From Octopus bimaculoides (taxonomy: Eukaryota), in NCBI RefSeq assembly GCF_001194135.2, contig NC_068993.1, positions 1,372,814 through 1,436,813 of the forward strand: a stretch of 64,000 nucleotides of DNA, given 5' to 3'. The notes under the pieces are model-generated. The model was not told where the DNA came from, did no database searches, and worked only from the letters and a program-made list of their open reading frames with translations. Positions 25,111-38,649 of the stretch are shown one piece after another. Positions within the stretch are counted from its first letter, which is position 1, and each line of letters begins with the position of its first letter. Both the position numbers and the translations under genes were made by a program.

Positions 25111-26478
25111 AAAGAAGAGACTTTTTGCTAGCATTTGGCTTGTTGGGTCTTCATAATCTGCATCTGAAAGGTGGAGATGTGTGTGTGTGTGTACATTACT
25201 ACCATCATCATCATTATCATCATTTTACGCATTCAGCAACAGAAGAAACCGGCCAACTTTGTTGTAGTGTATGTCTCAAAGTGTGGACTGAATGTCTTTT
25301 ACCAGCACTAGAGAGGTTGTCTCATGAGGGGTGGTGACTAGAGTCCCCCACCCCATCCCATACCAAAAATTCTTTGGACACATAAACTATATTTTGGTTT
25401 TTCATTCCTAGCTAGAATCTAATCAATTCACTTTATATTGCTAATGCAATGCTTTTGCAAAAATGCATGAACATCACAACATCAACAATTGCTTCTATAA
25501 GCCTGCGGCTGCATGACTATTGATGAAAATCATTGTAAGTATTCTCATAATAAATATTCTCATTCATTAATTATAACAAAAGAATCCTTTGAAATTCTGG
25601 CTCATTTGATCACAGATTGATTAAAAACAATTCTTCTCTGTAAAATTGTAATCATTTTTATGAATAAATATATTAATTAAACCAATTAAATTGTACTTAA
25701 TTGTATTCAGAGTAACGAAGGTAATTATTCTTTTTCTTAATTAGTGTTTAGTGAGAGACCATTTTTTGCAGGGTTTTTAAGATGTATGAGAGAAAAGGAG
25801 AAAACTAGAAGGTCTTGACACACTCTGACTAGGGACCTGGCCTGGTCTGAATGTTTCCAGCAGAGTGAACCCCATTAAAGACATCTTAAGGGCCAGATGG
25901 CAGTGCCAAACCATGATTCTGAAGTCTTTTATGATGAGTTAAAATGACAGCCATCAATACTTCATGTTTACAAACAATGTGAAACAAGTCAAATCTGTTC
26001 AAATTATTTATACCATTCCAATGTATTAAAGACACCTGGAGTTTCAATTCCAGTGTATTTTGTAACTTTTTTTTATTGTTTAATTATGTATTGAAAGTTT
26101 TCAATAAAGGATATTCGTTATTAATAAAAATTTGTAAAAATATAATTTTCACTTGAGTAATGTTATTTTCTTTATCAACTTTGTTAACCGGTTATTGACA
26201 GAATTAAACTTGTTTTCATCCGTGTGATCTTCATTTTGTCTTGGAGTAATTTCAAATGTGTCAAAGTCAACCATCATCATTTAATGTCCATTTTCCATGC
26301 TGGCATGGATTGGATGGTTTGACCAGGGCTGCAAATATATATATATATANNNNNNNNNNNNNNNNNNNNNNNNNNNNNNNNNNNNNNNNNNNNATATATG
26401 CATATATATATGCATACATATACATATATATATACACACATTATATTATCAAGCAGTATATTACTAGTTATGGCATAT

Positions 26479-26538
<60 letters not shown>

Positions 26539-27346
26539 ATATATATATGCATGCCAAAACCAGTTGTATACTACTTGACCTTGACAACATGTGTGTGTGT
26601 GTTTGTGTGTGTGGGTGTGCAAGAGACAGGATACAATGGAGAGGATTGTTAAAACATTTACCCATTCCTTGTAGAAGGGAAGTGTTATGAGGTTTTAATT
26701 GGAAGGAAAACTGTTAGACTTCTACTGAAATTCAATCCCATTGAAATAGCTGCAACTAAATGGTTTTGATGGATAATATTTTAATTATTATCATTTTTAC
26801 TCCACACTGACATTTTGAGTGAATGTAGGTTGTTGTTAAACTTCTTAGAGAAAGGCTCATTTAATCACTAACGAGGTAGTTTGTCGAAATAAGGATACAC
26901 TGGTGTGTAAATAGAGGAACACAACAATGAGGGAGTCTTTATGGTATCAGCCAATTTGCTAGAAATAACAGCCAAATCACCTTTAAATCACACCCTATTG
27001 CTTTAATGAAAGGAAGAGTGTATTGGACAGTGTAGTCTCTGACACATAAAAACGCATGAGGGTCATGGCTGGAATGCCTTTGATCATAGATTTGTTCAAG
27101 CCTGAGATGGTCTGGAACTAAACAATAACAATATTTATCTGCTCATGCAATACTGGTCCCAAAACGAACTTGTCACATATAAAAGAGTTCTTTGAGGACC
27201 CCATAAAATTCAATGGACCCTCTTACCCTTGGTTGGGTTACATGAAATAGTGTCTGCTGGCAGTTTGAAATAAATTCTTGGTTTAATTCCTGGCATTCAG
27301 AATACACTCTACAGATTTAGTGGAGTTCTATAAAACTCCTTGTAAC

Positions 27347-27520
27347 ACCAAAGATAAACTGAAGGCAAGGATTATGGCAGCATTGACCAACTTAAACAAG
27401 GAGACCGTCCAGAAGAGTTGCAGGAGATTCTAAAGTCGTCTGTGGTGGAAGCCAATGACGATTTTATTGAATAAATTTACTCTTTAGTATTTCAAGATAT
27501 TTCTATGTAATTTTGGTCAA
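27347..27520 (+). mobile_element. Tc1/mariner transposase C-terminal remnant
   Basis: TKDKLKARIMAALTNLNKETVQKSCRRF*SRL...VEANDDFIE* matches the L-KAR-I...R-RL-AV-EANG-F-E end of Tc1-type transposases. Confidence 0.7.
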
Positions 27521-28687
27521 TATCTCGGCATCGCCTTTAATGAATATTCAGCTTTAAGTTTTGCTTTTAATTGTTTTAGTTCAAGTTTCAAATTAAATTT
27601 TTCGAATTCCCTTTGTTTTGGTGTTATTTTTTTTTTTATATATTTAAGAAAAATACCATTTATCGATTCTAATTCAATGTAGTTTTAAAATGCGGAAAGT
27701 TTTTTTATGCTGTGGTGAGTTGATTCTGGGTGAGTTTTGATGCTAAACAGATTAGAAAGTTACGAATGAAATGTTCAAGAAACAGGTTTGAGGTGGAAAT
27801 TTATTTGTGAGGGAACATTACACCGGTAACCAAGGAAGACAAATCTCACTCATTCTGCACGTGTTTTGGAATTGGTAAATTCTGTTTTTTCATGTTTTTA
27901 TAGAATATAATTTATTTTTATTTAGCAATAACTAAAGAACCAGAAATGTAACTCATTTTTTTTGCTGTATGTCATGTATAGAAAAAGATTATTTTATACT
28001 AGCAACATGTTATTGTTATTTAAGCACAAACTATAGCATTTTCAACTGTGACCATCCCGTCTGGTTTCAGACAGAGTGTCTAGGACTACGTTATGCGAAG
28101 TGTCCTTCCACCCGTTTAACATACTAAACTTTAATCTGAAAGTTATTCGACTGCTATTTCTAGCATTTTCTTCGACTACATACACACCCTCGTTTCACCG
28201 TAATTCATATTTATTTGTTGTTGTTCTTTTTACATAACTTTATTGTTTATCATATAAAGTTTCTAAAGACGTAATTATCCAGATACTAATTAATAGGCAT
28301 AACGTTCTAATTAAGTCGAACCTATTAATTACGTTAGATTTATTTGGTTCTCTTCCCCCCCCCCCCTCTGTACCACGTAATATTATTTCTTCGCATCAAT
28401 CAGTAAACATTGTCTTCTTTTACCGATCCATTCCTAAAACAGGTTTTGGCTCCTGATAAACTCCTGTTATTTACTTTATTTTATTTTATTTTTCTTAAGG
28501 CGGTGGTAAGGAAGACGTACACCACTCGTTTTCGGTACAACAAAAATCCTAAACCCCTAGTGTGCGTATTCTTTTCTTTCGCTAAAAAAAAAAAAAAGTT
28601 CTTTAACCGATTCATTGATGGTAACGATGAGTTTTCGGGTTATATTTTTGAATCTGGCTGTTAGTTTATTTCTACATTTAGATATAT

Positions 28688-28955
28688 AGCGTGGCTGTGT
28701 GGCAAGAGGTTTGCTTCCCAACTCCATAGTTCTGGGTTCAGTCCCACTGTGTGGCATATTGAGCAAGTGTCTTCTACTCTCGCCCCAGGGTTAGTAGACT
28801 TGATAGACGGATAACATCGGTGGCGTGGAGAGAGGAATCTGGTATGCATGGATGACTGCTGGCCTTCCATAAACAACCTTGCCTGGACGTATGCCTTAGA
28901 AGGGAACTTTCTAGGTGAAATCCCATGGTCATTCATGGCCAAAGGGGGTCTTTAC
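28688..28955 (+). mobile_element. tRNA-derived SINE (GTGGCTGTGTGG...GGTTCAGTCCCACTG family)
   Basis: The head GCGTGGCTGTGTGGCAAGAGGTTTGCTTCCCAAC...GGGTTCAGTCCCACTG is present. Other copies lie near 9020, 11095, 39240, 50700 and 61985, with 3' halves near 45700, 46740, 50490 and 52440. Confidence 0.7.
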
Positions 28956-29643
28956 AGTTTTTACAAGTGATTAAATATATTCACCTCTAATATTTCCTGA
29001 TTCTTTTTTATGGTCTCTATACTCCTCATGAAATAATTTCACCAACTGGATCTTCTGGATTTCAGTTGTATGGACACTCTGCATTACACTTCTCTATAGT
29101 GGATTACTGTGTATTCTGATAGCTGAGTCTGTAAGAGGAGCTTTATGTGATTGCCACACAATTCTCAGAATCCACATCTTATACTATAATTCATTTAATA
29201 TTGACTATTGAAAAAAAAGTGCCTAATGCCATAGTTGAGATGGTTTTGCTTAAAGACCCTGTCCACTGACAGGCAAAACTGACACTGACTTGACCAAAAT
29301 AAATACATTTATATGTACATGTGTGTGTTGCGTCATATAGATATATGGTAAATGGGGAGAAATATGGAATATTTTCAAAGAAATAGGAAATTTACCACTG
29401 TTTTTGCAGACACAGGAAGTTCCATTATTTCTAGTGACTCATACACTTTTACATCTTAAAATTAATGTTTTTTTTATACTATTTCTAATTGAATACTTCT
29501 AACTTCGCCAACAGTTGTTTTTCTCTTGCAAATATACGCTAATTAAAGCATTTTTAATGAATGTGAGCTCATAACAGAAGCCTTCAAAATGAAAGTATTT
29601 ATTTCTCTTAATCATGAACAACATTAAGTCTTGGTATTCCAAG

Positions 29644-29729
29644 ATGACTCTGATATTATGAGAAACTAAAACACTTCAGGAACCAAGAAGCATTAAAATT
29701 AAAAACAACATAAATGAACATTAATTGTG
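29644..29729 (+). other. Candidate upstream (mostly 5' UTR) exon of TTC4
   Basis: It is flanked by CCAAG| and G|GTGAGT. It contains two short uORFs and an ATG at 29714 that is in frame with the TTC4 ATG after splicing to 30203 (MNINCVLLK-MSSN). Confidence 0.35.
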
Positions 29730-30213
29730 GTGAGTTTAAAAATAGATTCATCAGAAATTGTTGAACTTCCTGTGTTTGCAGCTACAGCAATACCATCTCT
29801 AGTAAAGTTCTAAGAAGCCTGGTATATATATATATATACAGTATCTCAGAGAAGTATGTACACCCCTAAAAAATTTCAGTGGCAATTAAAAGCACCCACT
29901 ACACTCTCGGAGTGGTTGGCTTTCGGAAAGGCATCCAGCTGTAGAAACTCTGCCAGATCAGATTGGAGCCTGGTGCAACCATCTGGTTTCACCAGTCCTC
30001 AGTCAAATCGTCCAACCCATGCTAGCATGGAAAGCAGACGTTAAACGATGATGATGATGATAATGGCAATTTTTTTCTGAAATTTTTTAGGGGTGGGCAT
30101 ACTTCTGTAAGATACTCTCTCTCTATATATATATATATTTACACACACACACATACATATGTAAATGTCTGATATTATTTTCATCTTTATATTTCGTTAC
30201 AGTGTTGCTTAAA

Positions 30214-30381
30214 ATGTCTTCCAACATGCCTGAATCAAAGAACTTGACAGAAAGTATTGCTGAGAAAGTCGATGAAGAACTTGATGACTTCCTGAATGAA
30301 ATGATGAAAAAGTCTAAGAAAACTGCTGAAACTGAAGACAAAAGTTTTGAAGAAATTGTTGCTGTGAGTTCAGTTAACTTC

Positions 30382-30414
<33 letters not shown>

Positions 30415-31091
30415 CACACATACACACATGTACTCAATGTATCTGTGAATATGATGCATGTTTACTGTGTTTGTATCAAAATTTTGGGGAAAGATAACCC
30501 ATGTCATCTCCTCGGAGGTATGCACCTTGTCTGTTTAATGACAGCATCACTAATAACTTGTTTTAATTTTCTTGTTTAATGATTTGCTTAGAGAAGGAAG
30601 AGCCAGGTTTGTGACTATTTCTAAGGTCTCAAAGATTGTTGAGAGAAAGGCAGGAAGTTTTCCTCACATTTAGCCCAAATGCTTGCAACAGAGTGGCCTC
30701 TTCTGAGGGCACTCATAGGCCAGGAGAAGGAGGAGGGGAAGGAGGTGGTGGTGGCGAACTGGGTTGTGGATTAAGTCTGCTACTCGTTAAGTGGAATGAT
30801 CTCTCTGAGAAGCTTCAGTACAGTTTCCATCTATAAAATGTCACAACTGTTTGGCTGCTTTGTGGCTGTGGTAGAAGACACTTGTCCAAGGTGTCACTCA
30901 CTGGGACCAAAGAGTTGCAGGTCAAACGTTAACTACTCAGTCACAGCTGGGCTTTGGACATCTTGACCACACAGCAAATGGCTGCCTTCATTAACCAAAG
31001 TAGCAAATAAAGACACAAATGTCAAAGATTTACAAAGATGGATGGAATGAGAAAATGGATGTAAAAGAATATCAACTCTCTCCTCCTCCTC

Positions 31092-31130
<39 letters not shown>

Positions 31131-33841
31131 CTTGTCTTTCATCCAGTTAGTAGAAGAGTTGATAACCATAAAGTTTGTAATTCAGTTTTCAATTATTTTA
31201 TAAAAAGTAATTCAGCATTAATTAATTAATTAATGAAAATTCTTACAGGAATTAGAAACCCATCCGGCTTTTTTGAAAGAAATTGATCCTTCCAAACCCC
31301 TTCATCCAGCTGTTGAAGCTCTGCAGGCCCTGAAGTATGAATGTGAAAACCCTGTCAGTAAGTATAGTCAATCCCTTTTGCATAAGGGTCAGTCCCTTCT
31401 GTGTGTAATCAAAATTTTCTATCTGGGGAAGAGGCCCTTCTGTAAGGGATCAAACCTTTTTAAAATCAATTTTGTTTCACCAGGAAAATGGATTGCTACA
31501 ATTGTTGAGCAAGAAAATCCTGTGCCATATTTGGCCAGAGTCTTTTACATTCTGAGTTTCATTCCTGCCATGGTTGACATTATCTTTCATCATTTCAAGA
31601 TCAATGAAATACTTGGTCAGTGGAACTGCTCACATTTTGGTAGTTGTGAGGAATTTTGTTGCTAGGATCTATTGGCAACAGAAATCTTCTACATGAACAA
31701 GAATTAATCAAGTTATGTGGTTCCAAATTTAAATGCCACCAAAACTTGAAGGAATGTAACCAAATATCTCAAAGTCTTTGTTGAACTCTCTTACAATTCT
31801 GTCATCTGATGCCCGTCCACTTCGCATTTCCACCAGTTGCCATTTTATAGTCATGGTTCTGGAACTTCACTTATGTCTTCTTTTGGGGTAAATTATGAGA
31901 AAAAACGTATACAGAGTTCATTTTATTGATAAGATTTATAAGGTTCCAGTTCTGATGTTGTAACTGTTTCAGGTATGTTTATCTTTTACTTGGTTCAGTC
32001 ATTAGACTGCAGCCATGCTGGAGCACCACCTTAAAGAGTTTTTAGTCAAACAAATCGAACCCTGTACATTTTTTTCAGACACACAGCCATGCCTGCACTC
32101 ATAATAACAATAGTTGCTCATCTCCAAAATTCAAACAAAATCTTTCGCTAATTTTTTTTTTTCCAAATTCGTTTTTGATGAGTTTTTGAGAATTCCATTT
32201 TGTTTTCAATTTACTTACAGTGAAAGCAGACAGTTTTAAGGAAGAAGGAAATTATCTGTTCAAAAAACAAGACTATCGTACAGCTATTGCAAATTACACT
32301 GAAGGAATCAAGGTTCAAGCACCGGACAGGATGTTAAATGCTTCGTTATATTGTAATAGAGCAGCTTCTAATTATCAACTTGGTAAGTAAAGAAAAACTG
32401 ATTGATAAACATTCTCTCATGGAAGACTGGAAACAAGCAACATCGCTCTGTATACATACACATGCACACACACATGCAAGCACACACACACTCACAAGAT
32501 AGGTTTCTTTCAATTTCTGTCTACCAAATCCACTCACAAAGCTTTGGTCAGCCTAGAACACTTGCGCAAGGTGCCATGCCCATTCCTAATATTAAACGGT
32601 ACCTTATCCAAACAACAGACTCTTGTAATCCATTCCATCATGGAAAATAGTTACGAAATGACGATAATCAATATGAATGATGATGATGTTAAATTTCTTC
32701 AGGTATTTAGTTCTGTTCCTTAATGATAAAGAATTGGTAGCAGAGACAGTAGAGTATCAGGTAGAATGCCTTGTGGTATTTGCTCCAGCTCTCTGTGCTC
32801 TGAATTCAAATCCTATCAGGTCAGCTTTGCCTTTGATCCTTTCAGGGTCCAAATGCATAATACCACTCCAGGGTGGTGGTCAGGTGGAACTGTTAGGGTT
32901 TTTGGGTATCAGTTCCTACTCTTCACCTCCTTCCACCAGCCTCTCTCTCCTGACAGAAACAATCTTTTGGGCCCCAGCTTACCGTTTTTAGCCTTCAGTG
33001 AGGCCATCACATGAAGCAACATGTCAACCATACCAATAAAAAAAGCGAGTGGAGCATTGCTCTTTTTTCTCTTTTTTGAAACCTTTAGTTTCTCTGATCT
33101 TCAGATTGTGTCAGCATGTTTTAAAGACCAAAACCATTTCTTGTTTTTGGCATCATTTCTAAATGTATTATGACTGTTGCTATTTCAGGAAACTTTGGTT
33201 ATGCTTTATTTGACTGTGTCATGGCCTGTAAATTCAAGGAACAGTATTTGAAAGCCTTCATCAGAGGTGAGTTCTGTTGTTTAAATTTCTAAACAAATAT
33301 TAAAATGGTAAAATGACAGACATAGGACAGACATGTGCTATTAAATGTCTTGAAGTATATAATTACATCTGCTTCTCTTCTGAGTTCAACTCTTGTCTTA
33401 AGTCAATAAGATAGATACCAGTTCACCAAAATAAAACTATGGTATTGAGTACTCTTTTTTTTTTTTTTGCCAACAGCTAACACTAAATGTGTGTGTGTGT
33501 GTGTGTCTTAGTGGATCTCTTTTGTTCAGTGATGAGGATTTACACTTGTTTGATCGACTGAGTTACCCGCCCCTGAATAAACACGTCCTTGGCTGAGTAT
33601 TTGCACACATGTGTTACCCTTAACACAGTTCTCTAATAGAACCAGTGTAACACAGTGTTTGAAAAGGCTGAACCTTTTTAATTACTGGTACAACCCATTC
33701 AAAGGGCTTCTATACAGTTTCCATTTACCCATTTTTACTCACAAAGTATAGGTTGGTCTGAGGCTCTGAGAAAATGACAATTACCGAAGATGCTACACTG
33801 GAATCGAACCCATGAACCTTTTAACCATTCAACCATCGCCA

Positions 33842-33899
<58 letters not shown>

Positions 33900-36800
33900 T
33901 TACTCGTATCATTTCTTCTATGTTCTCATTATCTGTGTATATCTTCTTGTTTTGACAAGGATCTCAGTGCTGCATTGAACTGAAGAAATTCTCAGACGCT
34001 ATTAAATGGTGTGAAGCTGGTTTGAAAATATCCTTTATCAATTAGTTTAAAGATTTCTCTTTGACTAAACACTTTCAAAGATGTCTTTCAAATGTCTCTA
34101 AAATTACATTCCTTGACTCATAATTTATTTTGAACCTGAAAATGAGAAACTTTCTGCTTTAAAAGAGAAATCACTAAAATTAAAGGTAATTTATTTTCTG
34201 ATATTTTTGGTAATTTTTTACATAATTTCTTCTTCTGTTTTCCCATGCTTAAACCTGGTCTTTTCTTGTCCTTCATCTCACCATTTGTTGCAATCCTTTT
34301 GCCATCATCTTGAAGTTCCACTACTACATCTAATGTCTTTTTTTTTTATCTTCCTCCCCTACAAATTCCTTCCACTTGTGTTAGTCGTCGTGTATTTATC
34401 CTTCATCCTCCCTGGCTTCTCAATCTCTGTACCTGTAACACCAGGTAACACCTTAATGTCTTCCATGATGTATTATGTACACCATTTTAGACATCCTCAT
34501 CTTTCCTCTGTGCATCCATGATAATGCTATCACTTAGGATCGAAGTTACTTACAGAAGGGCCTCATCTGTCAGTCCTTATAAAAGCTGTGAATGTTGGCA
34601 TCACTGTTGCTATTCTGTTGTCTATGACTGATCTAAACTTAATCATCATTTTATCTCATACTCTGACCACCTCTCTTTATCTAACCATTTCTCTGCCAAC
34701 AATATTCCTCTTCTACCCGTTCCTGTATTATGTCCCCACAGGAATTATATATGTGCACCTTACACATGAGGAGTTTTGCTTCATGTTACCTTCTGTACAC
34801 TGCACACATCTACCGTTGTTTTGTGCCCCTGAATTTTTGCTCTTGACAGCAAGAGGAGAGTTTCCAATGGTAGGTGAGGATTGTTTGATGTCTGTATTCT
34901 GTACTTAAGATGAAAGTTGGTGCTGTTGTCTCATGACATTGAAAGTGTTTGTCACACTTGGCCAGATGTTCACACCTAACCACCTCAGTAACAGAGTAGC
35001 AGTCCTTTTATATGCAATTAGTGTTTTATATATGTAATTGTAATGATGTCGACACAGGTTTATTGGTTGAATACCCTTTTTATCACTAACCATTGCAACG
35101 TAGGCTGGCTACATTTTATCGTGCCACCCACATTTGAGGTTTCATGTTTATTAGTGCATTTATTTAACATCCATTTTTCAATGCTAGCGTAACTTGGACA
35201 GTGTTTCATGTCCTCTGTGTCAATTTGGAATTTAGAGTTTCCACCCTCCTGTTTGATTGGCCTTTGTTGTGCAGACGATACCATTTCTACAAAGCATTTC
35301 TTTTGTAGAAAATCCAAGACCGTGATTTACGTAAACAACAATTACAAGAGAGGAAAGCTGATGGTTTAGAATCGAAACTGTTTAAAGAAATTCATGTAAG
35401 TTTTATGTTTTGTTTGATATCATCCGATTGTTGTTGTTGAGCTCCAGGTTAGTCTCATGGTATAAACCGTTCAGCTGTAGCTCAGCCTTGTATGTAATGT
35501 GTAACGTTTGGCTCCAGATCTTCACTGATGACCCAGCTATGTTATGTATTACAAAACAAGCAACTCACATGGCTTTTGAAATTCTGCTTATTCTACGACC
35601 AGTCATGTTTTTTTATTATATTCACATTTCAACACCAAATCATTGGGTTTCCCCAAGTTCTTTTCTCATTCATTGTTCAGATAAAAAGTTTCTCAAAATT
35701 TTATTCCTGCTGTTATTTTCAGAAACGACATATCAAAATGAAGACTGACAAACAGAATGGAAAAACTATTTTAAGTTTATCAGATCTGGAAGGAAGTAAT
35801 CCAGGTGGTGCCAAAGTTTACCTTGATGATGCAGGACTTCTCCATTGGCCAGTTTTGTTTATGTATCCAGAATATAACCAAACTGATTTCATTGAGAGCT
35901 TCAGTGAAAACCATTGGTACATATTTATATTTCTATATGTTTATTTATACATCATTATCATCATCATTTTAATGTCCACTTTTCCATGCTTGCATGGGTC
36001 AGAAGGAACTTGTTGAGGCAGATTTTCTATGGCCAGATGCCCTTTGTCACAAGCCTTTACCTAAAGGTAATATTTCCCCAGAACCCTGTGTTTGAGAATC
36101 AAGCTTCCTAACCACAGAGCCACACCTGCATCTATGACACACCTGTGCCTCTTATAGTTCTGTCTCTTTACACTCAGTAGATTTAGTAAATTTTGAAGAG
36201 TTTTGTACAATATCAATTTATAATGCAGAAGGCACAAGCTGGGCTGTATGGTCAAGGAATTCACTTCTAAGTGTCCATTGCAGTCAGCTGATGATTTTAT
36301 CTTCCTTACTATATTTGGTGTATCAAGAGCTTTGGTTCTGTCAGTCTGATAAATTCCTTATCACACTTCTTTGATGACAATCAGGCAGTAAACCAAAGGG
36401 ACCAAAAATAATAATAAAAAAACAAAAGGTTCTCTCTAGTCTGCCTCAAATACAACTTTATTTCTCTTGTTTCCTAAAACACGATTTGATATTAAGAAAT
36501 ACATCAACAACCATTGTTTCACAAATAAATGTGAATCTCTAGTAATTCTATTCTCCATATTAGATGTGTTTGGAATGGTTCAATAATTTGTATTTTGCAT
36601 ATTAAAATTAATTTAATTACTCTGTTGCTTTTTTTCTAGCTTTTCTGACCATATTTTGGAAATGTTTCAATCTTGTACGGTTCCTTGGGATGAAGAACAC
36701 AAGTATGTTCCTGAAAACATTGAGGTAACAGCAGAATTATTAAATTCTTAAGAATTCTTTAGAAAATCTAATTATATTTAATTTCCTGTTATCATTTAAT

Positions 36801-38563
36801 TGTTGTAAGGAATTTTTTAATTGCTTAATCAGGAAGAAAGACAATGCTCATGACTTTTTTAAAGGTCTCTGACAGAAGTTGGAAGGGAGCAAGGAGGGTC
36901 TAAATGTTTGCCAAAGAGAGGACTCCATTAAAGGCACACAGGGACCAGGTGATGGGGGATGAACAGGGGCAACAGACCCAGGGAGACCACAGCTGGATTT
37001 GAACTCAGAATAAAAGGATTCAGACTCTATGCTGCAGAGCATCCTGGTTCTCCAACAACTTTGCTTGTTTGTCAGTATAGACTCGTTCTTTATTTATTGA
37101 CCCTGAATAAAGGACAGTCACAGTTGACCTTGGCAGGATTTGAACTTAGGAGGCAATTAGCCAGAATAAATACCACAAGGTATGTGTCTGATACTGATTG
37201 TTCTGCCACCTTATTCAACAACAATAATGGGTTCAAATTTTGGCACAAGGCCAGCAAGGTTTTTTTTTTATGTAGGGGGTAAGTCGATTACAGAAAGACG
37301 TGCTGCTAAGCATTTTGTCCAATGTGTTAATGGTTCTGCCAGCAGGCCACCTGAATAATAATAATAATAATAATTTAGAGTCTGAGATATGTAGCGTTGA
37401 TTCCTTAGAGACAATTGTGCTACATAAAGAATTATTATCATGTATTTCCAGATATATTTTGAAGAAAACAAAACAGAAAGTCTGTTTAGAATTCCTCCTG
37501 AAAAGTCATTGCTTGAAATTTTACAACATGAAAAGTAAGTACCTTAATAAATATCATCATCATTTAACGTCGGTTGTCCATGCTGGCATGGGTTGGATGG
37601 TTTGACCAGGGGCTGGCAAGCTGGGAGGCTGCGGCAGATACCAGTCTGTTTTGGCACGGTTTTCTATGGCTGGATGCCCTTCCTAACACTAACCACTTTA
37701 CAGAGTGCAATGGGTGCTTTTTATGTGACACCGGCACAGGTGCCATTTGCATGACACCAGTATACATATATGCATACACACACATGCGTACGCGTGCTCA
37801 CTCTCTCACTCGGTGAATAATTAAGTGATGTGTTTTCATCTCAATTAACTTTTTGTTTTTCCTAATTAATATTTTTGTTTCTTTGTTATGCATATATTAT
37901 TTTAAACATGAAATTGTTAGTGACAAAAAAAAAAAAAAAACATGGATTTTGTTGTTAATATTTTTATTGAAATTAACTTTTTAACTTTTCTTTACCTCAA
38001 TCTTACATCAATGAAAAACTTTCAAATTGTATTTTTATTGCTAACGATAGTAGTGTTCTTTAAATAAAAATTAAAATACACCAGACAGATTTATTAAGCA
38101 TGAAGATAAGTTTAGGATTAGAGATCATCACAACTAGAATTACAATTTTAGGTGAACTAAGATCACATAGGTTTATGAGGAACATTGTGGCTAGGTTCCA
38201 TGACATCAGTTGAACAGAACTGTAGGAATTATATTTCTACCAGTTCATTATATTAACAAAGAATATTACTTCAGTAAAATGATGCTAGGTTAAAGTTTCA
38301 TTTTCTGCTTAAAAATGAGAAATTGGTTATGTTTCTTTTGTCCATTAATTTGTCTTATTCTTCCAGTAAACCATTTTAGTTTCATTTCTTATACTAACTT
38401 GGTTTAATGCTGTTTGGTCTAAAACAATTTCGAATCTCATTTTTTTTTCTTTCTTTTTGCCAGCTTCACAGTTATTGGCGGCACACCTGCATTTATACTG
38501 CTGGTTGCAAATTCAAAATTTAAAGGTGAATTTCTAAAGCATTACACATTGAAATCTTTGTAA
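30214..38563 (+). CDS. TTC4: Tetratricopeptide repeat protein 4 (Cns1/Dpit47-like Hsp70/Hsp90 co-chaperone), 390 aa, 11 coding exons
   Basis: Exons 30214-30363, 31249-31357, 32221-32382, 33189-33266, 33960-34027, 34129-34185, 35309-35395, 35723-35916, 36640-36724, 37452-37534 and 38464-38563 total 1173 nt. TPR clamp peptides ADSFKEEGNYLFKKQDY and LYCNRAASNYQLGN and the Cns1 C-terminal peptide LHWPVLFMYPEYNQTDFI are present. The exon 5-6 join requires a U12-type intron. Confidence 0.93.
34028..34128 (+). other. U12-type (minor spliceosome) intron of TTC4 with predicted AT-AT termini
   Basis: The 5' splice site ATATCCTTT (34028-34036) is a perfect U12 consensus, and the branch site TTCCTTGAC lies at 34109-34117. 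The end at AT 34127-34128, 12 nt after the branch A, restores the frame (GLK|FEPENEKL). The AC at 34134-34135 gives a frameshift and stop. Confidence 0.82.
34230..34900 (-). mobile_element. Degenerate RTE LINE 3' fragment in TTC4 intron 6
   Basis: Purine-rich minus strand with decayed RTE C-terminal-like peptides and no intact ORF. Confidence 0.45.
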
Positions 38564-38649
38564 ATTATAATAAAAAAAAAAACGATTATCTCACCAAACC
38601 TAGGTTTGAATCATTATATTTGGCGCCAGATTATTTATTTTGGCTTTAC
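38564..38649. terminator. Shared 86-nt 3' end region of convergent TTC4 and CCDC24
   Basis: AATAAA on + at 38569-38574 and on - at 38639-38634, with a perfect palindrome CAAACCTAGGTTTG at 38595-38608 between them. Confidence 0.6.

Noticed and set aside
27690-27874. Exon-like or snoRNA-like segment with several GTGAGT donors
   Set aside because: All frames close quickly, the implied intron is only 36 nt, and I found no convincing C/D or H/ACA box pair.
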